Origin: Marsupella aquatica
Lineage: Eukaryota; Plantae; Marchantiophyta
Reading direction: 5' to 3'
Assembly: GCA_973895155.1 (NCBI GenBank)
Contig: OZ316898.1
Coordinates: 12,427,659 to 12,491,658 of the forward strand
Length of the DNA stretch: 64,000 nt
This document shows positions 27,372 to 40,707 of this stretch, piece after piece; the stretch's first letter is position 1, and the number at the start of each line of letters is the position of its first letter. The position numbers and the translations under genes are program-made. The notes below the pieces were generated by a model. It was not told where the DNA came from, did not search any database, and was given only the letters and a program-made list of their open reading frames with translations.

Positions 27372-30300
27372 TCAGCTCCTCGTCTGGCTTTGGACCTCAA
27401 CAGTAGTTTGGGGTGTCACAGGTTGTGGAGACTCACATTCTCGAAAATCCACTACACTATGCACAACCTCATTGTCGGAGACTTTAGAGTTCGACCTTTG
27501 CCTTTCGAGCGATTCATTACGAGAGCTGTCATGCTGCCAGATAACTAGGAGAGAGCTTCTGGTCGACACAGACTCCTTGGAAATCAACCAGTTGCCGATA
27601 GACCCAAGCCCATGGTCGGTTGTTGTTGTTGTTGTTGTTGTTGTCACAGACTGGGAACTAGTCTGCAACACGTTTTGAAACAAATCTAGGCGGCTTGAGT
27701 GCAAACCCACGAGTATTAGACCGTATTCTCCTGCTTCCAGCAATTCATCGATTGCTACCATCTCTAGGGCCTTCACAGTTACTCTATCCGGCAGATTCTC
27801 AGCTGCTGCTTGGAGGTGTGCGAGAACTTTTTCATCCAGGCTCTTCTCGTTCTCGTGCTCCAGCTGACCCACAGCGACTTGGATATTATCTTCAGCATGT
27901 GATCCATTTGACTGCTGATGTGGGACTTGGCGATGCTGGTCCATTAGCATCGTTGTTCCCGGGTCCTTTGTAGTTGTCCTATCAGTGTTTGGGGCAGGGC
28001 CGGAGATGCAGATGCAATTTTGCGACAGGTCTGTCGAGTCATTCACTTGCAATGGAGGAGTTGCCGTTTCAGTGCTTGCTTCTAGCCCATCGTGATTTCT
28101 GAGCCAACGAAGTGATCTCCTTCCGCATCTCATGAGCCAGTCTTTGCTAAGCTGGGACGAGGATTTAGGTGACGGACCCTGTTCCTTGGAGGGGATCATC
28201 GAATTGTTTGCTACTCGATCAGGTGAGCAACAATCCTTGAATATGCACTGAACTATAGTGAGCTTCACACCGCTATGGTCTGCCATTCGCTTTGCCAGCC
28301 AAAGAGCCTCGCGATCATCCGGACCACCAAAAAACAAGACCAGGATATCGTTGTAAGGGAGCTGCTGTACCGAAGTCGACGAAGCTGTAGAAGACCCCAA
28401 TCCGCGGTCAACTAGCATCGCCACTGAACATGGGGATGCCTTCAAGACCCGCTGATTGACTTGGAGGAATCCAGGTCTAGCTGATTGTAGGGTTCCGTCT
28501 GGGCGATAGTACTTGTGGTATGGAAGAATGATGATGTTGGCTCGACTCTTTACCGCAGCTAAGCATATGTCTTCATGCATACTGCTCACCCTACTCACAC
28601 TGCGACTTACTTTCACACGGATATTGTTGACCTGACCAAAAGTCCTCATTGATGTTGCAAGCGTATCGTCATTGACCAGTGCATCCTCCTGAAGAAATCC
28701 AGCAACAAGAATCAGAACAGCCACTGTCTAGAGTAATTTGAACAAGAAGACTTTTATAATGTGGAATATTAGTATTGATTATCGACTGTATTGGGGTTGT
28801 CCTTTCACTTTTGTTCAAAATCCTTGGTTTATTTGTCTGTCTGTCCGTCTGGTTGTGTGTGTTTCTTCTAAGCTTCTAGTCTTCACCAAAAGGAGGAATT
28901 GGGAACTCCAACGTTGAGATGCATAAGAAGGATCACTCAATGGAATTTAGGCCGGCTCTAAAATATCGTTGCACTCAGTCAGCATATCCGAGGATGTACC
29001 TCGAAAGTGTTGAGAAACCTTACCAGCTGAGGATCTGTTTCATCGTCCCAGGGTTCTGATGCCTTTAAAGCCTCCGCCATATTCACGCCACCGAGGCGGT
29101 CCGCGAACTCGAGCAGGTGCAGAGCATTTACTTGGAAGAGCTTCGTGTGTCTTCCTTTGCTCATCTCGACCAAATTCATCATACTGGGCAGGTTTCTCAT
29201 ACCATACAGACACACTAGCATCCGAAGTTTGTCGTCGTCCGAAGACTTGGCCTCTAGGTTTCTTCGCTTGTAGGGAGGGAGGTCTCGAGCCGGCTTGTAA
29301 AGCCACATTATCATCGGTGTTGTAGCAACAGTCGCTACTAAGGCCATCAACACCATTATTGCAAAAATCTTCTTGTTGATGACCTAACAGAATAACAGAA
29401 TACCACCAAGCACAAAGAGTTAATAGATTGGACATGAGCCCCGGGACGTTGAAGTGACACGAATGTTAGACTCAACCTACACATCTTACTAGCACAAGAG
29501 TAGTAGAAGTCCAATTGTCATTAATTTCTATTTCCTGATGCAGACTTAGTCATCTTTTGCAACTCCTGTGTCCTATCGGCCAGGATTTCCTGCCGAGCAC
29601 CATGAAGCTACTACGACTGACAGAGGATGAATCACAACTTAACCTTGGCATTATATATTAGATACCTCAGTCTCACTCTCAGTCTCACTCTCAGGACTGC
29701 TCGGAGAAGAGGAAATCTTGGCTGATGCTTCTTGGAAAACTCTTAGCTAGCCAAATTCACTACTAAGCATATTCATCAATTGCCTTGGACTCTTGAACCC
29801 GACTAAGACTACAAGAGCTGGCTTTTAACCTGTACTTCGAGGTGCTTGCTGCTTCTGAGACTGTTAACGAATAACCGAGTTCCGTACTCCAGCATAAGAT
29901 ATAGTGAAGGTCGGACCGTATAAATAACTGTCATAAGACGTAGCCTGAAGGATGTTGTCACCTTTTGATTTTGGTTGGCAGTTCTCATTTGCAAAGAAGC
30001 ATGACATGACGACGTAGAAGTCATGGAAGGCACTCACCCCTTTGCTCAGACCAATGTTGAGAACGACGAGCTCCACCAAGCCCTTCGTACTCATGAGAAA
30101 ACCCAAAGCAGCACTGCTGCGGAGGCTCAAGCCGTGAAATTTTGCTACTATCATGGTGCTCACAACTTTCCCCGCAACCGCCGTAGCTGTTACGAGTAGA
30201 AACGCGGCAACTGAAGATTGAAATCAAATTAAGAACTCTCTTCATGCAATGCAATCTGGAGGTCGTGAACATTAAATTCCATGAAATAATCCAGATCTAG

Positions 30301-32634
30301 AGCAATGCAACTACATTCAGTACTACTGGCGTTCAGCAGATACCACTGTCAGTCCTTTAGAGACAGAAATTCATCCATACAGTCTTTTCAACAGTGACTT
30401 AGAAAACTGAGCCCATATTGGAAGAGTCGGTGACGGTTCACCTACCTGCTGTTCCGTTGCTGATGCTGCTTAAATCTACATTTAGCCCGGAGCTGGTGAA
30501 ATACAACGGTAACAGCAGAATCGATACGTAATCCTCTGTTTTCTCGATTAGAATGACTGCAAAGAAGTAACTAAGAGTTCGTTATTTGAGATACGGATTG
30601 AGCTCTTCCGGCATTTATAACGAGTAATTCCCTTTACTCAACTACTGCCTCTTCAATGACTCGCCTAAATCTAGCTTGTCATTCGACGTTCCGTGTTACA
30701 ATCGATCAATGGCACACCACGCACTCCCCAAACTGCTTCCCTCTGTTCGGAAATAGGCCTTGGAATCCTCACAATATTGTTCCGGTACTGGTGATTCAGA
30801 AGTGCGAGAGAGAAACATATCGAGCAGTATTTTAAATCTCGAGGACAATTGTGTGACATACCTGAAATTGGCTGGTCTTTAGGAATGATAAGACCCATGA
30901 TGAAAGCTCCAAATATGACATTTATCCCAATAACGTCGGTGGCGAAGCTCGAAAGTAATACCAGTATAAACGTGATCGCTATGGCGTACTCTGGTACCGG
31001 ATCCTTCTTCGCCAGGACATTGCAAACGAATGGACGTACTATGATGAACATAATTCCGAGATACACAAATCCAGCGATAAGGACCCAAAGAATCACCAGA
31101 GGAGACGATCCTGAGTTCGACACCGCCACTGCGAGTCCTAAAAGCACCCAAGCTGCCACATCGTTAACTGCTGCAGCCGAAATTGCAATTTGTCCGACCT
31201 GAATTCAATGGTCCATGTATCAAAATCTGCTTCGGCCCAGTACTTGAACGCAATTTGTCAGACTCCATGTTGAATTGGTTGTCTAAGATTGAATTGTCAT
31301 GTGAGACCTTGGACAGAAAATCAGAGGTGTACCTCAGTGGCCGCAATTTTTCGCTCAGCCAAAATTCTGGCGAGTACTGGGAAGGCCGTGATGGACAGAG
31401 CGACTCCCATGAACAGAACGAAGGGTAATCCGAAATGCTCTCCACTTTGTCGCATTCCTGCTTCCTTGAAAATTTGCAGTGACACAGGTATCCCCAGCGC
31501 GAAAGGGACTACAATCCCCACTGCCGCAATGCCGATAGCCTGGCCACCGGTCCTGCATAATGCGAATCGAATCTCTTGATCATCGATCAGAAAATGATAC
31601 AGACTTCATCTCTTGGTAATAACGGATCATCTGTCAAACTTGAAACATATGTACGATCAACAGTAGTGTCACAAGACGATCAAGAACTCGAATATCGTGC
31701 AGTCAAGACTTGCGAGGGAAATTGCGTAGGTTGCAATCAGAAATATATGGAGCCCGCAAATGTTTCAACGTACTCAGCCGAACACATGACTTTCCAAATA
31801 TATGTAGAAACCAAAGAAGAACGGTCGTCATTTCTAGGTCAACATCGGCACGACGCAAAGTCCTATTCAGAGATTCATAGGAAGCTTAGTAAGCTTACTT
31901 TCTGAGGACACCCAAATCAAGCTCAAGCCCAATCAGGAAAAGGAAGAATATGAGGCCGAAATTTGCAACCGTTTGCAGTACATTAAGAGAACTCTTCGGA
32001 AACACAGCATCGCTAAATTTGTGGATGCTCCCAAATGCCGTTGGACCGAGCAATATTCCACTGACGAGTTCTGCACAGTTGGATATCAGGGAAGTAAATG
32101 TTTCAGAGACCAAGAGACTAACTTCGATCCCTACAACATGGTGATCAATATGCAGCTCGTGAGGTTTGACTGAAAGCCATCAGTACCGAAGTACACCCAG
32201 TCAAGAGCATTATCGGTCCATTGGTTAATCCAGCCATGAATAGTACGTTACAAAACATTCGGGAGATCTTTAGACTTACACTCTATACTTACAAACCAGG
32301 CCTGCTGGTTTGAATCGAACAAGGGCTTTTTGCTAAATTGTCACGAGAAACAATTCGCTGAAGTGTGGAGCTGTAGCAGTTGTCGCATGTTCAGGAGTCC
32401 TAAACTAGTTCCTATGCACATGTTTCATGTGGTGGAGAGTGTCACGGAGAGAGTTGACTCACCAGCAACGACCCTAGGCTGGCGTAGGGGTCGGAAAAGG
32501 AACGAAACGAGACGAGAAAAGCTCAAGATTATTACGATCTGCACAATGAGGAGCAAGAGAGAATGCTTCAATGGGTCATCGTGCGCGAACAGCCCACTTG
32601 ATGTTACTCCCGCATCATGTGGTGGAGCTTCCAT
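27372..32634 (-). CDS. CHX: Cation/H+ exchanger (CHX, CPA2 family). Exons ~32634-32463, 32070-31899, 31552-31333, 31198-30862, 30556-30446, 30210-30038, 29383-29024, 28688-27372
   Basis: Motifs RPLRQPRVVAE, GILLGPTAFG, FFLFLIGLELD, LSITAFPVLARILAE, AAAVNDVAAW, LMSTKGLVELVVLNIG, SMHEDIC, PCSVAMLVDRG and FFGGPDDREAL. GT-AG junctions are phase-consistent. Confidence 0.95.
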
Positions 32635-35061
32635 GGTCCTAGATGGCTTTCTTGTCTCGAGCTACGTGATCTCCTCCGATGCGTATGCATCAACACTGCG
32701 ATCATACAGACTTATCTCAGTTAATTTTCTGGCCCGATAGCAAGCTAAATGTACAAATCAGAATAACGTAAAGATTTGTGATTTTCAAGAGAACGCAGCT
32801 ACCTCGTTTTCAAGCTTAAGTAATTGAATTTTACACTAGAAAAAATAATTTCAAATCTAGAGCACTGATTGGTACACATGACAACCGCTAAGTTCTATAA
32901 ACCAGGGTCGACCATCCACTTACAACCTTTCGACAGGATCAGATCATCTACTGACTTTATGTGAAGGTAGCAAGGGCGAGCATTGGATTGAGAGGAAGGA
33001 TTTCTAGCTTCTTCCTCGACTAAGCTGATATCTATTGAATCCAGGATCTTGAGAATCCAAATTGCACAGAATCCGAGGGATATTGATGCATGAAAGCTCA
33101 CAGTAGAGTAGCGTTATTGATTATTGGCCTTATTGGAGGTCAACAAGCCACCCTCGTGTCAATGTTGTATTGCACGGTCGAACTGAGCCCAGTGTCACTA
33201 GACCATGCACATCGCAATCCTCGGTGGCTAGACCTCCAGTAATCAGCCTGCTCCAACGACGGGTAACTAAGTTTCTAGGAGGGATCGTTTCCATTCGAGG
33301 ACACACGTTCACCAGATCTGGGTTGCATACTCTCAATCTCCACTGCATTTCACCCACCAGGCTCGGTTCAGTTTGTGCTGATTCCTATCTAACGCACAAA
33401 CTGTGGAACCTCGGTTCAAATTGCGCTGATTCCTGTCTAAAGCACAAACCGTTGAACCTAGGCAAAGTCCCGACCGAGATCTGGTCTGGCAATATGATAG
33501 CTTCAAGCTTCAAATTTTCCTAATCTTTCCACCTCTGGCCAGTGAAACACTAGCACTACTCCTCCAGCTCATGGTAAAAGGAGGCGACACCTCGGCACGA
33601 AAGAACCAGCTAGCAAGCTGTGCATGAGGTACGTTTCTCGTCTAAGTAGACTCGAGACAGCTTTTCAGCAATGAATGAGTCAAGATGAATGCTGTGAAAA
33701 CATCAGAAATTCAGAACAGTAAGTTTACCACTGACGGTACTGGACTGCAATGGCAGAGCAAGGACAATTCATTCATGTCTGTCCTTTTCACAGCAGTACC
33801 TTTGATCTCGCCGTCACGAATTGTATTTTTTGGGGGGGGCTTGAACGGCCAACTTTGCTGATCAGTACCAGGAAAGCAAAGGAGAATACAGTGGGCTGCA
33901 GAACAGGAGAGAACCGCAAGGACAGACGCATCCATACGACTATACGAGAGTCCAAAGAGATCAAAAAATTCACATCATTGTCCCATTTATTGGTTTTATT
34001 AGAGCGTTTCAAAACTCAACCATATCCTGAAAATTTCCATACCACACGAGCTATAGGAATTCTCATAAAAGTTGTGTAAGTCAATCTTAGATTTCCCCTA
34101 ATAAAATCCTGTACGTTGAACACTTACTAGGTAATAATCTCAACAACTTACCCGTAATTTTAGGTGCAAATCTCAAAATCTGGAATCCAGAAAATTACAA
34201 TGGAAGCCACATTCACTTTGAACCTGACATGGTGGTGAGGAGTAACCAAGAATGAAGGAAAATGAATATATACCATCAGACTGAGGTGAGACCTCCTCCC
34301 ATTTTTAAAAAATACTTAATTGGGTCCCATAACCAGAGTTACAGATTGGAATATATATATATCCAAAAATGGCAAAGGTTTGAGACATCCTGTTGGGTCT
34401 CTTAGTTGGCTTTGGGGTCCTATCTCCCCTTTTTGCATTTGCAAAGTGATATATAAATACACAATGTTTCAAAGATGAGAAACCTAACAGCAATTGCACT
34501 AGCATAATACAGACTACCAGGTCCTATTAGTAGTCTAGCCTCTGACTAGGGAGGGAACTGGGTCCCCAGCCATGTGTGTCTACACATTTTCCACTACGTC
34601 CTTTTGGCCTTGCCTGTTGGCAGCAAGGGACAACCAAATGTCTAAGTAACCTCATCCCATTGCAGGCATGATCTGAAAATTGAAACAGTTCAATTAGATG
34701 GTGGGCATTTGCCTGCCGCTTTGTCTGGCCGATTCTGCAACTCACAACTCCCAACCCGGAGAGAAAATTTGGCTGGGCCAACACTTGGTTTTCATTACAT
34801 CCGGGGGCTTATAATAAGTGTTTTGGACGGAGGGCCGACAACACCATTTTCCCACCCTATTTCCTCGAACTAGTGGAGATGCTCTACCATGCCATCAAAA
34901 TCGCATACCTTTTGTCCAGAGGGCAGCCGCCAGTGCAACTAGTAGAGCATAAATCATTCTAAGTCAGGCAGAGCCATTTGACCTATACTATTCATTGTTG
35001 TTATCCTAGTACCATCCCAGTCCATGAAATAAATGTCAGATTAGTAAAATTTTGGTCCCCA

Positions 35062-35140
35062 GCCCAAAGAGACATGGCTATGTGGTAGCTCACTTGAGTA
35101 GTGACCCATAAGTTTGGAGCTCAAACGTTGTGACTGATTT
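35062..35140 (+). mobile_element. Degenerate copy of a tRNA-derived SINE head
   Basis: GCCCAAAGAGACATGGCTATGTGGTAGCTCACTTGAGT...CGTTGTGACTGA is homologous to the 54558-54698 and 12490 copies. Confidence 0.7.
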
Positions 35141-36372
35141 TTAATTAAAAAAAAGGTCCCTGTGTTAAACCTCAGAAAATTAAACATTTGTCATGGTGAA
35201 TTTAAAATTATTCTAGGCATCCTGGTGCACTGACTTTCCAGTGTACATATTCTATTTCAAATATGTATAAAATGAAACAAGAGGATAATATTCTGGCTAC
35301 AAGTTATGTCTAGAAATGAAAAATAATTGATGTTTGGTGTAGGTCCTACTCAAAACATGGACAGCACAACAGACGGTTACGCAAAAATTAGTGTCGATTC
35401 TAGTGAATTCAACACTTACTCCTGTCAGTTTTAGGAAATTACATTTTTTTGGCTTGGCTGTAAACTGGAGTAAAAAATGCAGATGCAACAACTGTGTGAC
35501 TGTTCAGCCGATTACTTGCAGCAATAGGCATCAGCTTCAAAGTCATGGAGGGCTCCATAGCAGCATCAAACTTGTGGACGATCTGGTGGCAGCTCAATAG
35601 GGATGCAAAGGGCCAGCTATCGACCCTACATTGAATGCATGCAACTACACAGAGCTTTGTCCAAAAAGTGCAATATAAAACCAAGTAACAATGATTCAGG
35701 GGCATGCACCTAGTGTTACTAACACTAATCAATATATTATGCCTTGAAGTAATCTGAGATGAAGAGTGTAGGTATACGTAGTCTTCAAAGCTGTAGCCAA
35801 GGAGGAGTGCGACAACCCCATCACTTATCAGTAGCCAATCATGTATTCATTGTTCCTATCAAAACTTTGCATCTGGAACGTTCTTACTTGGCAAGCCCAC
35901 AAAGATGACTTAGCAGGGCAACTCTACAAGGTAAGCTAAGTGAATTTTTTCTCTATACATTTTCACCCAACTAGGTAGGCCAAATGAGAATTTTCCAATT
36001 TGGAGACTGAGGCTGATTAGAGAAAAAAAAATCGACCCCTAAAATGATGTTCTAGTTTGATGAGGCCTATGGCTTCTCTACTATGACCGATTAGTGATTG
36101 AGTTAAAAACGGCTTTGCATCCTGAGGTTTCTACTTAGTAAATTATTGGCAGAAATATATTACATATATCCAGTATGGTCACAATTTCAAACAAAAACTC
36201 ATTATAAGAACTACACACACTTATAAATGACACAATAGTGTCTAATGTGCCTAGTTGTACCAATATGGGGGACCGAGATAAAAAATATATATATTACATA
36301 TATCCAGTGATGGTCACAATATCAAACAAACGTTCATTATGAGGAACTTATCACTCTGAGGCTGGTCGTATG

Positions 36373-36446
36373 TGGGCGAGGAGGGTTTCGAATCCCAGAC
36401 ACCGTGGTTCGTAGCCACGTGCTCTAATCCTCTGAGCTACAGACCC
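36373..36446 (-). tRNA. trnR-ACG: Plastid-type tRNA-Arg(ACG), probably a pseudogene (T-stem disrupted)
   Basis: The minus strand reads GGGTCTGTAGCTCAGAGGATTAGAGCACGTGGCTACGAACCACGGTGTCTGGGATTCGAAACCCTCCTCGCCCA, anticodon ACG. The T-stem TGGGA/CCCTC has two mismatches. Confidence 0.9.
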
Positions 36447-36631
36447 TGCCTCCATTTGATCCGTAAATAATTTTAACCAACCCCCCTTCCGTCTTCACCC
36501 ATTCGAGCGAAGAGGCGTAAGTTTAAAAGTTTTTTTGAAAAGTATATATTTCGAACAAAGGGTTGGGGGGGTGTCAAAGTTCTGTGTTTTTTATTCTGAC
36601 TCGTGGAAAGAAATGTTAAGTTTTTTTTCTT

Positions 36632-36655
36632 CATCCTGGCGACGAGCTATTTTTC
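36632..36655 (-). rRNA. rrn5: 3' fragment of plastid 5S rRNA
   Basis: The minus strand reads GAAAAATAGCTCGTCGCCAGGATG, close to the conserved plastid rrn5 3' end, and lies just upstream of trnR-ACG. Confidence 0.75.
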
Positions 36656-36774
36656 AGTCACTATTGAAACTTTACAAATAAGTTCGCAAGATTGGCACAA
36701 TAGTGTCCAATGTGCCTAGTTGTACCAATATAGGGGACCGAGATAAAAAGTTCAGCCAGGGGTCCATCAAGGAG

Positions 36775-37313
36775 AGATATACTTAGTGGACCTCCAAATG
36801 CAACTTTTTCTCTTAATGGACCAAAAGTTGCACATGCCCTCCCAATGGACCTCCGGGCCCACCAGAGGTGCCATTTCGTGTGAGATGTTCTTCTAACACA
36901 TTGTACAGTTCTTATAGCGCGAGATTGTCACTGTAAAACGCAGCATGTTCTAATGTTCTTCAGTGTCCGACCGCATCGCCGAACACGGTCGACTACGATT
37001 GCAGTTCCGAGTGAATCAATGTATCAATGTATACATTGACCACAATGCCTACTACACATGACCAAGCACGATGTCCACAGGGTACGTAGTGGACCTGAAC
37101 TGTGTGGTAAGGTGCTTTAGAAGAACATTGCTTGTTCGGAGTGGGCCCAGGGGTCCATTGGGAGAGATAAGGTGTTTCAGAAGAACATGCTTGTACGGAG
37201 TGAACCCAGGGGTCCATTGGGAGAGAATCTAAACGTTGGGGTTCCACAGGGAGGGGGTGTAGGGTCCATTAAAAGAAAAAGTTGTATTTGGAGGTCCACT
37301 AAATATATATCTC
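36775..37313. mobile_element. Foldback/MITE-like element with long imperfect terminal inverted repeats
   Basis: GAGATATACTTAGTGGACCTCCAAATGCAACTTTTTCTCTTAATGGACC (36775-36822) is inverted at ~37263-37313. An inner pair lies at 36838-36862 and 37141-37164. No TSD identified. Confidence 0.75.
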
Positions 37314-40300
37314 GTCCATCAAACATATACTTCCTCTGTGTGTGGATGAAAATACGGTGGGCACGGAACACGACAAGCTATCTACTCTAAGTTGCCTCTC
37401 ACCTTCACCAGGGACTTCACTCACAAACGGGACACAATTCTACAGACAGGCGGAGTTGTACGTGGGCTCTGTGGAATTCAGTGAACGATATTTATTACAC
37501 TTCTTTATTAGCTCCCCGATTGCGTGCCTTGAGAGGCGAGCAGCTGCAGAACACCGTACCTAACGAGACTAGCGAGGAGAGGCTCATGAAGCTCGCTGCT
37601 CTGTCTGATCCAGAATTCGACAGACAATCAAACTTGGCGGCTAGCTACAGAAGCAAGAATATTGGCAGCCACCCGGACAACCAGACCGGCTGCTCTGCAC
37701 CAGTGATGCCAATTCGACAAAGCGCTGACCATCGACGAAATTGATGTATCCCACAATGATGCTGGGGATGAATCGCCTTTCGATTGGGCGACCGTACGCA
37801 GATTCCAATCTGCGGGCCTTGACAATTGATTGCTGGCTTCTGCCTTCTGGGATCGCAAGCCCATTGCGCGTATTGAACGCATTGGCATGGACGAGCTTAA
37901 GTTGCCATGTCGAAAGCAGGCTTGACTTCTCTGCGTACTAAACAATGATTCGCAATGTATGTCACCTTCAATCCTTCTGGTAACGCCTTAGTTTCCTAAT
38001 TGAATCGGAAATTTCTGTGGGTTTTGTTTCTGCTGCCGTGGTCGTAGCATCCCGAAATTTCATCACTCCTTCTAGTAACGCCTGCCCTGGTCGAGTACAG
38101 TCAATTACAGGCCTTCTGCGGGAGTTGAACGTTTGTTCCGTATAGTTCTGTCTGCTGGTTTGGTTGGGCTACAAGCTGAGTGGCATTCCGCTTCCTGTCG
38201 TACATCAATGGTTATCGGTCCACCCAATCATTTTCTGAGTTGGGCTGAAAAAGTCTTGACAGTTACAACTTCAACGATATGCTTATGCACCGCTCGTGGC
38301 ACTGGTGTGATTTGACGACTTGTCACCAATTGTAAAAGCGAGAATTGAACGGGTCTGCAGTGTCGACTTGTTCAAAATGATTCTTGGCACAATGAGATGT
38401 GCACAGCATGGATGTACGAAGCATGTGTGCGAATAAAACTCAGAAAAAGTAATGCTAAAATGGCTGGCGAATTATGCAACTGTACATTCAAACAACTTTG
38501 AGTAAATTTGTCATCATACAGCCGATTTGCTTGTGATCTGGCCCACTTTCACCAAACTCTCCTTCCTCCTCGTGACCACATTGACTGGAAAAGGCAGAGA
38601 AGCGGCTACGGCCCAAGTGTTAATGTGCACCAGTTTCTTATGAAGGACAGGCTTGTCTTTCAAAATATTATCTTAATGTGCTACCTTGTCAATTGTTGAT
38701 GTCCTTTCTCTTCTCCATGTATGCAAGAGAAGAAGTGAATCAGGATGTAAGTCTTCCATCCTTTGTAGGAGTACTAGGGACACATAAAAGACTTCGGAAC
38801 GCAACTGGTCTCAAAGTGAATCATTTTCCAGTATACCCCCTGACAAGGAGTGCAATATCATCAGGACCTAAAGGAGTCAATTAAGGACACTAAAATAAAA
38901 TGGCTTTTAGTGCCATTAACCCTCTCATCTTTAGAATACATGAAGACGGAAGTAATTAGCTGAAACGAAGCTTGAAACACAGCAAAAGGCAATTGGGTAA
39001 TGACCTGCACCAGGCCCTCTGGACGATGACTTTTCTTTGTGAGACATGAGACTGGAATCTTGCAGTAATTACACCTCAATTTTGTCAGGAGTATCCCCTT
39101 GGCAGCCTTTTATAGCGAATACTGTCTTATTACTCCAAAACCACGTGCATTGCAGGATGCAGCTACATGGGGAGCTGACGGAGCAGAGCAACGACAAGAC
39201 CATCCATGTCTTGCAAGCTCATGGAAAGCGGTGAAGGAAAACACGGTAAAAACATGGATTTGATTGATGCATTCCGGCACGATCTGTAGGTCGTCTCTTG
39301 CGAATGGGTTTGCGAAGCGCTGCAAGGTGGTGGCTTACTGGAGGAAGTAGCATGTGCCCACCCTAGGGGATTTAGAACGGGTAGTGGTTAAGCCTACAGT
39401 AAGTTAAAAGGTGGTAACTAGGAAACAAATTCGCCTAATGATTCCGGATAAGGGCTGGATAGGATCGAATCTTAGATCCAGAGTCCCACATCAGAGAGGT
39501 GCGCTTCCTTGCATCTCTCATGCAAAGATGAAAAATCAACTCAAAGCCTAGTCAAAAAACCCCTCAAGTATATGGACCTCATTCAGGAATTTGCCTCCTG
39601 GTTTAAAGTAATCGCTCTGATATGAGTAAGAGTCTGAGATGGTTTGTTCACTGAAATCCACGAAAGAGGGAATGAAACACTCTACAGCCCGGTCTCTAGC
39701 CTGATACTTAGCTGAGAGAATATACCTCAAAGAGTGCAACTCCCAAACGGCTACAACGCGTGACAACAATTTTTTTGCAAACTCCTTTCCTTTGTTGTTT
39801 GGACTTCAGATCCAGCAATGGAGCCAATCCAGATCACACCAATTGATACGAACACATCAATTTCTGTAGAGCAATGAGAATACTGTCCAATGCAATTGAT
39901 CATATGCGCAACGTAGCAGCATTCACATCTTTTTGAGATTGCAAGAGGCCAGTTCCCAGCTATGACTTCAGTAACCAAAGAGTCTTTACAGGAAAAACTA
40001 TTTTCATAAAACATATGCCTGAAATTGTAACCGGCCAGTTATTTGCCATACTCTTTCAACGAGTCTTGACAAAACACCCTAGTTTAATACTCACGAGATG
40101 AGCAATCGTCCAACCACGAATCCTCCAACGGGACAAGCATTTCTTAAGAGAGGCCTGTGGTGAAGGTATGTGCATGAAGACATGCCATTCTCATATCAAT
40201 CACGGACTGGGAGGTTATCATAATCAAGTGTCCTCCAACGGGACGTAATGAAACCTCCTCAATACAAAAAGCTCAACGGTGGTAGTTGGCAGATTACCCT

Positions 40301-40707
40301 GCAAGAACTTTCGGTGCATCATACACACAGGCACGTACTCCCCATCTCAAATACATTTTTATCTCAGCACCTCTCTTTGAGGGTACTTAAAAGGATGGCA
40401 CAAACTTCCCTTCTCAATACAATTTCTCAGCCTCTTCTTGAGAATACACAAGGACAGGCAAACACTTCCCATCCACGTAATTGTTCTCAGCACCTCTCTG
40501 TGAAGGGTACAAAAGGTTACAATGATCTCACTTAGCAGATCTGCTACCAAGTAGATAAAGTTATTCGTCTCAGTAGGAAGTCCAAGAGTCTGGAAAATTG
40601 CCTTATTAAGTCAGCCTTACCCTTCAAAGGCCAATTGCAGATGGACGACGCCTTGATTCCACTTTTGTCTGGTCCAGCCGGTCCAGTGGAGCAGGCTAGG
40701 TTGAACT

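Larger units (their letters stand above)
36350..36655 (-). other. Nuclear plastid DNA insertion (NUPT) from the plastid inverted repeat: rrn5 3' end, spacer, trnR-ACG
   Basis: Gene order and orientation (rrn5 then trnR-ACG) match the plastid rRNA operon. The left boundary is approximate. Confidence 0.88.

Noticed and set aside
36373-36446. Functional nuclear tRNA-Arg
   Set aside because: Plastid-type sequence in plastid gene order, with a disrupted T-stem.
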